A stretch of 64,000 nucleotides of DNA, taken from Alphaproteobacteria bacterium. Its GTDB lineage: Bacteria > Pseudomonadota > Alphaproteobacteria > Rs-D84. The notes under the pieces were generated by a model. The model was given only the letters and a program-made list of their open reading frames with translations, had not been told where the DNA came from and searched no databases. Location: the NCBI GenBank assembly GCA_017535105.1, contig JAFXUI010000001.1:174612-238611 (forward strand), read 5' to 3'. Every line of letters begins with the position of its first letter. Within the stretch, counting starts at the first letter, position 1. Made by a program: the position numbers and the translations under genes. Of this stretch, positions 19,916 through 28,235 are shown piece by piece.

Positions 19916-21097
19916 ATGAAAAAACAATTGTCTTTATTGGCTGTTGCGGCTGCTTTGGTAAGTGTTGCACCGGCATATTCTGCGACAAATATGGGTGCGC
20001 GTGCGGGTTCATCGGCTGAATTGTCTGGTGCGCCGGCGACACGTACACGTCAAAGTGTTGATTATGCAAAATATCAGACTCGTTCTAATACATCGACATA
20101 TCAACGTCAAGATGGCAAGAATATCTATTATACACAACCTGCAAACCGCAGTGCGATGTATAAACAATATAATTCATCTTCGGAATCGGTACGTTCATCG
20201 CGTTCTGAAACTTTGCGCACAGAATTAAGACGTAAATATTATTTGGCACATCCGTTCTATCAACCGCTTCAGGGTAAATTTGGTTCAATTACTGATTTGT
20301 CATATGCGTCCAGTTCGTATGACTTTATCAATGAATCAATTGCTGGTGTTGATGGTACATGGAATGTAGGCCAATTCGCAATCAAAGAAGACTTCAGTTA
20401 TGGTATCACCGATAAATTGGCTTTGGTTGGTATGTTGCGTTATGAATCCACCGATTATGAAATCGATTGGAAAAATGACCCATCGGATAAAGATGACGAC
20501 AATGGTCTGAATCTGTTTGGAATTGGTGCACAATGGCGTATGATTGACACTGCCGATTGGATTGGCGAATTGTCCGGATATTTCCAGCATCAAAAAGATG
20601 TTTCCAATAATTATATGTTGGAATTGAAAGCAGGGTATAAAGTTTCCCGTTCAACAATCTATGGTTTGTTGCGTGGTTGGTACATCGATGTTGATGGCGA
20701 AGCGTATGGTGACGGTATCAATGCGGCCAACGATGTTGTCGTGTTCATCGCCCAAGAGTTAGATGACAAAGCAATTTATGTCGAAGGTGGTTTGGGTGTG
20801 TTTAGTGTGTTGGACGAAGATTGGACATTAAATGTCGAAGGTTTGTTCAGTCACTATGATTGGCACAACCAATTCAGTGTAAAGGGTGAAATTGGCTGGC
20901 AACCAAATGATTGGTTCGCAGTAAGTCTTTATGCCAAGGCTTCTTTGTATGACAGCGCCAACGATAAAGATTTAAAATTGTATTGGTATGATCCATCGGT
21001 ACCAGGTTTGGATACAGGCCTTACATACATTGGTGATGTGAACCTGGACAGTTATCAAGACTGGTCAATTGGTACACGTGTGATATTCCAATTCTAA
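19916..21097 (+). CDS. predicted outer-membrane beta-barrel protein
   Basis: 393 aa. AGGAG SD, signal peptide MKKQLSLLAVAAALVSVAPAYSA, low-complexity S/T/R/Y/Q-rich N-terminal region, alternating beta-strand pattern, C-terminal ...GTRVIFQF (terminal Phe). Confidence 0.6.
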   Translation: MKKQLSLLAVAAALVSVAPAYSATNMGARAGSSAELSGAPATRTRQSVDYAKYQTRSNTSTYQRQDGKNIYYTQPANRSAMYKQYNSSSESVRSSRSETLRTELRRKYYLAHPFYQPLQGKFGSITDLSYASSSYDFINESIAGVDGTWNVGQFAIKEDFSYGITDKLALVGMLRYESTDYEIDWKNDPSDKDDDNGLNLFGIGAQWRMIDTADWIGELSGYFQHQKDVSNNYMLELKAGYKVSRSTIYGLLRGWYIDVDGEAYGDGINAANDVVVFIAQELDDKAIYVEGGLGVFSVLDEDWTLNVEGLFSHYDWHNQFSVKGEIGWQPNDWFAVSLYAKASLYDSANDKDLKLYWYDPSVPGLDTGLTYIGDVNLDSYQDWSIGTRVIFQF

Positions 21098-21167
21098 AAC
21101 AATTGGAAAATATTATGATGATGGTTATGCGTGGCGCATAGCCATCATCAATGTATAAAGTATTTTT

Positions 21168-21908
21168 GTGGGGGTAGGTGAGATGCCAAAATTTTTTCGT
21201 GCGTTTATAATGTCGTTGGTAATACTCGCGCCGTTTGCGGCACGTGCAGATTTTGGTAATTTGGAAGCAGACACATCGGACCCACTTTTTATATTACGTG
21301 ATGATGCAATACTGTCTGAATCTGGAATTGAATACGGACATGATATTTTACGTTTGTCCCAGGCATTTCGTTACGGATTAAATGATCGGCTTTCGGTCAA
21401 TGGTCGTGTTCATTATCAAATTGATTTTGTTGATACGCATGATGGTTTTTCCAGTATTGATATCGGTTCGGTTTATCGTATGGCGCGCGCCGAAGATAAT
21501 AATTCACGTTTGATATCGGACGTTTTATTTGGGTTTAAGTTTGGTGGTTCAAAACACGTGCGATCACCAGAATTTGCGGATTCTTCATACTATGCGGGAT
21601 TACGCTTTGGCCGTAAATGGGCGGGGGTATCGCTTTCTGCGACATTAAAATCGACATGGGTTTTTGATGATAAACATGGTTTGTCATATATCGATTTTAT
21701 CCCAGAATCTTATTTCCGTATGGACGAAAATTGGCGTTCGGGTTTGGGATTTACTTTTCGTAAATCAACGAATTTTGACTATGACCAAGAATGGTTGAAT
21801 TTGAAACTGGCATGCCAGATTGGTTTTACGCAATGGATTGGTCATATTGATTATGAGTTTGAAAATGAAGAAGCCCAAGTCGGTTTGACAGTGAACGTTT
21901 TGTTCTAA
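21168..21908 (+). CDS. predicted outer-membrane beta-barrel protein (paralog of the preceding gene's barrel)
   Basis: 246 aa. Signal peptide ...ILAPFAARA, C-terminal ...GLTVNVLF. Shares FRYGLNDRLSVNGRVHY versus FSYGITDKLALVGMLRY with the upstream OMP. Start codon (GTG 21168 or ATG 21183) is uncertain. Confidence 0.55.
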   Translation: MGVGEMPKFFRAFIMSLVILAPFAARADFGNLEADTSDPLFILRDDAILSESGIEYGHDILRLSQAFRYGLNDRLSVNGRVHYQIDFVDTHDGFSSIDIGSVYRMARAEDNNSRLISDVLFGFKFGGSKHVRSPEFADSSYYAGLRFGRKWAGVSLSATLKSTWVFDDKHGLSYIDFIPESYFRMDENWRSGLGFTFRKSTNFDYDQEWLNLKLACQIGFTQWIGHIDYEFENEEAQVGLTVNVLF

Positions 21909-21910
21909 AA

Positions 21911-23188
21911 TTATTTTTTACCAAGTTTTTCACGAAGACCGTTCCAGTAATCAAGACGCTTTTTAATTTCACGTTCGAAACCGCGTTCGACCGGTGTATA
22001 GAATGTGCGGCGTCCCATTTTTTCTGGAAAACAATTTTGACCGGAAAAACCAATTTCGGTATCTGGTTCATAAACGTATCCCGCGCCATAACCCATATCT
22101 TTCATCATGCGGGTTGGGGCATTCAGAATATTTTTTGGTGGTGGCAATGAACCGAATTCATTTGCCGCGGCATACGCGCTGTGAATTGCAACGTCCAAGC
22201 GATTGCTTTTTGGTGCGGTACCAAGGTATACAACCAATTCAGCCAACGCGATGTCGCCCTCTGGTGAACCCATACGTTCATACGCGTTCCATGCGGCGAT
22301 TGCTATTTGTAATGCATTTGGGTCGGCCAGTCCAACGTCTTCCATGGCAAACCGGGTAAGACGGCGGAATATGTACATTGGATCTTGACCACCCGTCATC
22401 ATTCGGGCAACCCAATAAAGCGCGGCATCGGTATCGGACGCACGCAGTGATTTATGCACCGCGGAAATCAAATTATAATGTTCGTCACCAGCCTTGTCCG
22501 ACATTGGTGCGCGTTTCTGAATAGCACCGTCCAACTCTTCGGGTGATAACTTTTTCTTGAAATTAGCGTTTAATAGATATTCAAGTGTGTTTAACAAAAA
22601 TCGTGCATCACCATCGGACATCTGGGCAAGGTGCGTGCGTGCCGCCGTATCCAGTGGTAATTTTTTTTCAGTGAATTTTTCGGTGCGATTCATCAGTTCA
22701 ATTAAATCATCGGTACCCAATGGTTCCAGTACGCCAATATGGCAACGCGACAACAACGCGTTGTTCAAATTGAATGATGGGTTTTCGGTTGTCGCGCCAA
22801 TGAATACAACGGTGCCGTCTTCCAGATATGGAAGCAGGGTATCTTGTTGTGTTTTGTTAAAGCGGTGAATTTCATCAATAAATAATAATGTGCCACGGCC
22901 AATTTGTTGGCGCAGTTTTGCCGCTTCAACCGCTTTTTTGATGTCGGCGGTTCCCGAAAACACGGCGGACATCGGGACAAAATCCATATCAACCGAATTT
23001 GCTAATGCGCGTGCAATTGTGGTTTTTCCACACCCGGGCGGGCCCCATAAAATCAAATTAGATAATTTCTGATTTTCAACCATACGGCGAACAAGCCCGT
23101 TTTCACCAAGCAATGCGGATTGGCCCAAAACCTCATCAATTGTGTTTGGACGCATTTGGTCGGCCAAGGGGCGTGTATCGTGTGACAT
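21911..23188 (-). CDS. rarA: replication-associated recombination protein A (AAA+ ATPase RarA/MgsA)
   Basis: 425 aa. Walker A LWGPPGCGKTTIARALA, Walker B LFIDEIHRFNK, MgsA C-terminal domain (DEHYNLISAVHKSLRASDTDAALYW). Confidence 0.95.
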   Translation of the reverse strand: MSHDTRPLADQMRPNTIDEVLGQSALLGENGLVRRMVENQKLSNLILWGPPGCGKTTIARALANSVDMDFVPMSAVFSGTADIKKAVEAAKLRQQIGRGTLLFIDEIHRFNKTQQDTLLPYLEDGTVVFIGATTENPSFNLNNALLSRCHIGVLEPLGTDDLIELMNRTEKFTEKKLPLDTAARTHLAQMSDGDARFLLNTLEYLLNANFKKKLSPEELDGAIQKRAPMSDKAGDEHYNLISAVHKSLRASDTDAALYWVARMMTGGQDPMYIFRRLTRFAMEDVGLADPNALQIAIAAWNAYERMGSPEGDIALAELVVYLGTAPKSNRLDVAIHSAYAAANEFGSLPPPKNILNAPTRMMKDMGYGAGYVYEPDTEIGFSGQNCFPEKMGRRTFYTPVERGFEREIKKRLDYWNGLREKLGKK

Positions 23189-23261
23189 ATATTTTACTTT
23201 AATTTTACTTATGTTTTATTTGTGATATAATAATTGTAATAAATAAAAAAGAGGTTGGCAA

Positions 23262-23627
23262 TTGGTAAATAATACGAAAGAAGCCGAAGTAGCATTGGCT
23301 GTCGCGAACTTGGCTGCGGCGGCAATGGCGGCAAATCCAAAACTTACCATGGCTGCGGCGGTGGCCCAGGCGCGCGCGACATTATTGGGGACAAAAGCGA
23401 CCGATTCGCAAATCGCAAAGTCGGTACGTCCAGACAAGATTTTGTGTCTTGAAGATAACACCTGGCACATTATGCTGCGCCGTTACATAAAGCGTAAATA
23501 TAATTTAACCCCCGAACAATATCGTGAAAAGTGGGGACTACCACACGATTATCCTTTTGTTGCGCCGGACTATGTGCGGACACGTTCCAAAATTGCTAAA
23601 AAATCTGGGTTTGGAAAAAAGAAATAA
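23262..23627 (+). CDS. MucR/Ros-family transcriptional regulator (atypical zinc-ligand set)
   Basis: 121 aa, TTG start with AGAGG SD. KILCLEDNTWHIMLRRYIKRKYNLTPEQYREKWGLPHDYPFVAPDYVRTRSKIAKKSGFG aligns along its length with the Ros/MucR DNA-binding domain. Confidence 0.8.
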   Translation: MVNNTKEAEVALAVANLAAAAMAANPKLTMAAAVAQARATLLGTKATDSQIAKSVRPDKILCLEDNTWHIMLRRYIKRKYNLTPEQYREKWGLPHDYPFVAPDYVRTRSKIAKKSGFGKKK

Positions 23628-23650
23628 GATTTCAAGGAAAGGGAATTCGT

Positions 23651-25519
23651 ATGACAAGACGGGTTAGAAAGATTACCACGGCGATTAAAAGAAAAAGACG
23701 AGATCTTTGGTCCAGAATGCAGGAAGACTTTAAAGAAACGTGGAATATTATAAAGCGTCCGTTGAAAAAAGATGCCGCGGGTAATATAAAAAATGGTGAA
23801 ATTGCGCACAAGGTTGGTGATGCGGCATGGTCTGGGTATATAACCACACTTGATTTGACAAGTGCCGTATTTTTATGGTTTTCGCATAAAATTGCCAAGG
23901 GCGCTTTGGATAACAAAGCAATCGATTTGGTGGAAAAAAAGTATGCCAAACAAAAAGTGAAAAAGAACAAAGATGGCAAATTAAGAACATTACCAAAACT
24001 TACCAAGAAATTTTCGCGTCAAGCGGCATACGTGACATATTATGCGATGTTGCTGGGGCTGTTGGCTGGTGCGTATGGTATGTATAACAAAGATAACATA
24101 AAAGAAAATGCCAAAAATAAAATTGAAAATGTAAAAAGTATATTGTCAAAAAAAGATATAACAAAGATAAAGTTGAATCCAAATTCTGATGATTTTATCA
24201 ATCAATGTATCGAACTTGAAAACATCACTTGTATCCCCATTATTTATACGGAAACATATCGTGAAACACCGGTTGTTCAATACGGGGAAAATGTGTGGAC
24301 ACGTGGTTTTGGAATGACTTGGTCGCGTGACGCAAACGGTCGTATGAAAATTCGTGATTATGATGATAGTGAATATAATCGTAAGAAAAACTATAAACCA
24401 CACAAGCCAGAACCCGATGCAAATATGGACGCTTCGATTGAAGATACACAACAGTATTTGAAAGATTATGTATATGGTCAGATAAAAGATAACATGACGC
24501 GTGAAATGACGGCAATGGAATTTGTCGCGCTTTGTGTCGCTGGATATCAGTTGCCTGGACATATACCATTAATGTGTCAACAATTAAGCAATGCAAAAAC
24601 ACCCCAAAAAATAGCAGATGCGTTTATGACACCAACGATGTATAACTATGGTGGAACGCCGAAACGTCGGTGGGTTTGTGGTATGTTGGCCGCTGGTTAT
24701 ATTACCTTAGAAGATGTATTGAATGCAGATGTTGACGCGTTCTATGGTCCAGATCAAAATACATTTATAAGAAAAGGGCATTTTATTTGTTTGCCGGCAA
24801 CCATAGAATATGTGATGTCCCTTGAAAGATCGCATTCTACCCGTGAAGTTGTAGAAGGTTTGAATGACGGACAATTGGCGTTAAACCAATTGGGCAAGGG
24901 TGTTCGGGTGCATCGTGTCAAAGTGGAAAAAGACAACGAGTCGGAACAAATAGAAGAATCTATGACGACTTTGATTAGTGCGAAAAAAATGTATGATAAG
25001 GGTGATTTTGAAAGTGCGGCAGATTTGTTTGAACGCGCAATCAAAGAAGATCCAAATAATATGGAAGCATACAGCAGTTTGGCACTTACATATAAAAAAC
25101 TTGGTGATAAAAACAAGTCGTTGGAATATTATGAAAAGTGCACAGAAACGGTCAAGGAATGTAATGCCTATATGAATCAACACCGCGATTTGTTGTATGA
25201 TGCCGGGGTTAAAGCATCGTCTTATTATAATGCTGGTTTGGCACGCGAAGCGATGGCCAAGATTTATGAAGACAAGGGTGAAAGTGGCAACGCACAGGCA
25301 AATTATAACAAGGCGTTACAAAACTATAAGACCGCACGCGAAAATGCAATAAAGGCAAAAATTGATACAAACGTGTATGATAATGCTATCAATCGTATCA
25401 CAAAGATTATTAATGGTGGCAAGAAAGTTGCGTTTGATAAGGCAAATAAAAAACTAAAGAAAAAGGCACAGAAAAGTAAACTTTTACAAACCGAGAAAAA
25501 TGCTGAAGGTCGCGCCTAG
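23651..25519 (+). CDS. membrane-anchored TPR-repeat protein (possible lysozyme-like central region)
   Basis: 622 aa. Basic N-terminus, one TM helix (AAYVTYYAMLLGLLAGAYGMY), C-terminal TPR repeats (GDFESAADLFERAIKEDPNNMEAYSSLALTYKKLGDKNKSLEYYEKC...). The central region has a weak E...Y...G..T.GFG pattern. Confidence 0.55.
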   Translation: MTRRVRKITTAIKRKRRDLWSRMQEDFKETWNIIKRPLKKDAAGNIKNGEIAHKVGDAAWSGYITTLDLTSAVFLWFSHKIAKGALDNKAIDLVEKKYAKQKVKKNKDGKLRTLPKLTKKFSRQAAYVTYYAMLLGLLAGAYGMYNKDNIKENAKNKIENVKSILSKKDITKIKLNPNSDDFINQCIELENITCIPIIYTETYRETPVVQYGENVWTRGFGMTWSRDANGRMKIRDYDDSEYNRKKNYKPHKPEPDANMDASIEDTQQYLKDYVYGQIKDNMTREMTAMEFVALCVAGYQLPGHIPLMCQQLSNAKTPQKIADAFMTPTMYNYGGTPKRRWVCGMLAAGYITLEDVLNADVDAFYGPDQNTFIRKGHFICLPATIEYVMSLERSHSTREVVEGLNDGQLALNQLGKGVRVHRVKVEKDNESEQIEESMTTLISAKKMYDKGDFESAADLFERAIKEDPNNMEAYSSLALTYKKLGDKNKSLEYYEKCTETVKECNAYMNQHRDLLYDAGVKASSYYNAGLAREAMAKIYEDKGESGNAQANYNKALQNYKTARENAIKAKIDTNVYDNAINRITKIINGGKKVAFDKANKKLKKKAQKSKLLQTEKNAEGRA

Positions 25520-25543
25520 GCCTGTATAGAGGGGTTTAATACA

Positions 25544-27586
25544 ATGCAAGTTTATGTAAATATAAATGATAAACGTTGGAAGAAATACGATATTGATTTT
25601 AATCGTATCGCGGCGGCGGCGGGTCCGAAACGCAAGGGGGTTGAGGTTTCAATTACTCTGACCGATGATAAGGAAATACATAAACTGAACAAGAAATATC
25701 GTGGTATGGATAAACCAACAAATGTGTTGTCATTTGAGTTGGGTGATGATGTTTTATTGGGGGATATTTATATTTCACTTGATACGGTTAAACGCGAAGC
25801 GGCGGCGGAAAACATAAGTGTTGCCGAACACACCGCGCACATGGTTGTACATGGTATGTTACATTTGCAGGGTTATGATCATATAACCGATGACGAAGCG
25901 TCTGTTATGGAATCCAAAGAAATCGCTATAATGAAAAAGTTGGGTTATAAAAATCCCTATGCCGATGAATGTAATTGCGGCTGTGGCGGGAAATGCAATT
26001 GTGTTGATTGTAAGTGTAAAAATTGTTCGTGTTGTAATTGTCCAGGCGATAAAACAATATCGTTTTTTAAAAAGATAAAAATTCGTGAAAATGGATTTTG
26101 GCAATACGCGCTATATGCACTGTTTGGCGGTGTTACAGCATTCGGGTTTGCACCGTTCTATTGTTGGTGGGCGACGGTATTGGGTGTTGCGGGCGCATAT
26201 TGGTTGACAATGCGCAGAACAAAATTTGGTAATTGGCGTCATGAGTTTTTAAGAGCCGCACCATTTGGTATAATGTATGCAATCGCGATGCTGTGGTGGA
26301 CATTAAATTCAATCTATGTCGTGCCAGAGTTAGCAAAACAATTTGCAATATGGACGGTGCCGGCATTATTGGGTATCGGCCTGTTTGGTTCTTTATTCTT
26401 TACATTACCGTTTCTTGCTATTGCGCGTGGCGGTTTGTCTTGTGCGGGACGGGTGTTTATGTTTTCGGGCGTGTGGACATTTGTGTTATGGTTGCGCGAA
26501 TGGTTTTGTTCCGGATTTCCATGGAACCCAATTGCAAATATTGCCTTGCCATTTCCAGTAATTGCGAATTCGATGTCGGTATGGGGTGCGTTGGGTTTAA
26601 CGTTTATTATAATCGGCATAATCGCAAGTGTAGTTGAGATGTTAAAAAATCGCAAATGTGCGCAATGTTGGTGGATATTATTGTTCTTTGTCATAATGGC
26701 TGTATGTGGCGGATTTGCCGGCATACATAATATTCGTGTTGCGTCAAACGATGTATCAAAGTCCGCGGTCATTCGGATTGTTCAACCGGCACAGTCACAG
26801 GGGCAAAAGATGGTATATTCGCGCGAAGATGCATTAAAGCGTGCTGAAGAAAATTTGATAAGATTGTTTCAGTTGGCATCGGACGGCGACAAACCTGATA
26901 TAATCGTTTTTCCAGAAACGACATATCCATATACAATTACAAACAATGACGATATGCCGTTGGCATCGGCATTAAAAACAAATGTTGTTATTGGGGCAAC
27001 GGGATTTCTGGACGGCGCGCCATATAATTCAATGATTGTTGCAGATTCAGATGGTAAGATTACAAGCATATATAACAAATCACACCTTGTTCCATTTGGT
27101 GAATACAGTTTGTTCGGTTTTATGCCATCACCGGCGCATTTAAGTCGCGGGGGCGGGGCGGAACTGATTTCAATGATGGTCGATGGTGGTGAATTTGTTT
27201 TTGCGCCGGCCATTTGCTATGAAATTATTTTTTCTGATTCTTTGGTACCAGACTCTGATTTGGCGCCACACGCCATAATCAACATTACAAACGATACTTG
27301 GTTTGGTAAAACCCCCGGGACATATCAGCATCTTGATATGGTGCGCCGGTACGCGATTGAATCGGGATTGCCGATTATTCGTGCGAACTATTCAGGGATA
27401 AGTGCGTTTGTTTTGTCGAACGGTGAAATATTGTCTGCATTACCAATTGGCCAGGTTGGCACATTGGACGGTACGGTTTGGGGTGCGCATAAAACAATTT
27501 ATCGCGGTATTGGTCGTAACCGGATAATGATTTTGATTTTGTTGCTTTCGATAGTCGGCGTAATGCTTGGCCGGAAAAGAAAATAA
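25544..27586 (+). CDS. fusion protein: rRNA maturation endoribonuclease YbeY + Cys-rich linker + apolipoprotein N-acyltransferase Lnt
   Basis: Uninterrupted 680-aa ORF. aa 1-140 are YbeY (HGMLHLQGYDH). aa 143-166 read CNCGCGGKCNCVDCKCKNCSCCNC. aa ~175-680 are Lnt (multi-TM half plus CN-hydrolase half with IVFPETTYP, YNKSHLVPFGEY, FAPAICYEIIF). Confidence 0.85.
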   Translation: MQVYVNINDKRWKKYDIDFNRIAAAAGPKRKGVEVSITLTDDKEIHKLNKKYRGMDKPTNVLSFELGDDVLLGDIYISLDTVKREAAAENISVAEHTAHMVVHGMLHLQGYDHITDDEASVMESKEIAIMKKLGYKNPYADECNCGCGGKCNCVDCKCKNCSCCNCPGDKTISFFKKIKIRENGFWQYALYALFGGVTAFGFAPFYCWWATVLGVAGAYWLTMRRTKFGNWRHEFLRAAPFGIMYAIAMLWWTLNSIYVVPELAKQFAIWTVPALLGIGLFGSLFFTLPFLAIARGGLSCAGRVFMFSGVWTFVLWLREWFCSGFPWNPIANIALPFPVIANSMSVWGALGLTFIIIGIIASVVEMLKNRKCAQCWWILLFFVIMAVCGGFAGIHNIRVASNDVSKSAVIRIVQPAQSQGQKMVYSREDALKRAEENLIRLFQLASDGDKPDIIVFPETTYPYTITNNDDMPLASALKTNVVIGATGFLDGAPYNSMIVADSDGKITSIYNKSHLVPFGEYSLFGFMPSPAHLSRGGGAELISMMVDGGEFVFAPAICYEIIFSDSLVPDSDLAPHAIINITNDTWFGKTPGTYQHLDMVRRYAIESGLPIIRANYSGISAFVLSNGEILSALPIGQVGTLDGTVWGAHKTIYRGIGRNRIMILILLLSIVGVMLGRKRK

Positions 27587-27596
27587 AAGTTTCAAA

Positions 27597-27815
27597 TCAT
27601 AAATGATTTTTTAATATCCACACGCGGATTGCAGAGGACAGGTTAGTGCCCGGTTTGCGTGCGGAATCTATTTTGTTTATTATAGATGCAATTGAAACCT
27701 TATCGTGTTTTGCGATTTGGTGCAGGGCGGTTATGAATTCATCTTCCAGTGAAATACTGGTTTGATGTCCCGATAAAGATACAGATATTTTTTTCATATC
27801 AGAATTTTCCCGCAA
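27597..27815 (-). CDS. ribbon-helix-helix (RHH_4-type) domain protein
   Basis: 72 aa. ISVSLSGHQTSISLEDEFITALHQIAKHDKVSIASIINKIDSAR...NLSSAIRVWIL matches the RHH_4 pattern common in alphaproteobacteria. Overlaps the upstream gene by 17 nt. Confidence 0.7.
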   Translation of the reverse strand: MRENSDMKKISVSLSGHQTSISLEDEFITALHQIAKHDKVSIASIINKIDSARKPGTNLSSAIRVWILKNHL

Positions 27816-28233
27816 TTAAACAATCATACATTGCGCGATATGGATCGTCATATTTTCGTAATATGCGCAGGTTCAAGTTATCCAGCATATAGAACGTTCC
27901 AAACGCGTCAAATGCGAACCAAAATAAATCATTGCGACCAAATACCGTTTTCCCACGCAGTGCGGGTATGTTGCCCAACGGCATATTTATATCCATAATG
28001 GACGGTATGGGAAAACGCGCATCGCGCGGAATTTCAATCGGGGAAAAGATGTAACCATTGCCAATATTTATTGCCGATGCAAAACGGTACAGTTCGATTA
28101 AAACCGCCGGAAACATTGCACATCGCCGCGATTGTAACGCGTTGTTGGAAAGTTCCACATCACGCTTGGTCGCCGGCGGATAAATTGTTGCGCCACGTGA
28201 TTTTAATGAAGATAAAAATTCAGTTGTTGTCAT
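27799..28233 (-). CDS. SMI1/KNR4 (SUKH superfamily)-like protein
   Basis: 144 aa. PPATKRDVELSNNALQSRRCAMFPAVLIELYRFASAINIGNGYIF ... TVFGRNDLFWFAFDAFGTFYMLD follows the SUKH layout. Assignment is by eye only. Confidence 0.45.
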   Translation of the reverse strand: MTTTEFLSSLKSRGATIYPPATKRDVELSNNALQSRRCAMFPAVLIELYRFASAINIGNGYIFSPIEIPRDARFPIPSIMDINMPLGNIPALRGKTVFGRNDLFWFAFDAFGTFYMLDNLNLRILRKYDDPYRAMYDCLIAGKF

Positions 28234-28235
28234 TT

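Noticed and set aside
23216-23470. 84-aa minus-strand ORF
   Set aside because: Antisense to the mucR-like gene. The Ala-rich codons read open on both strands.
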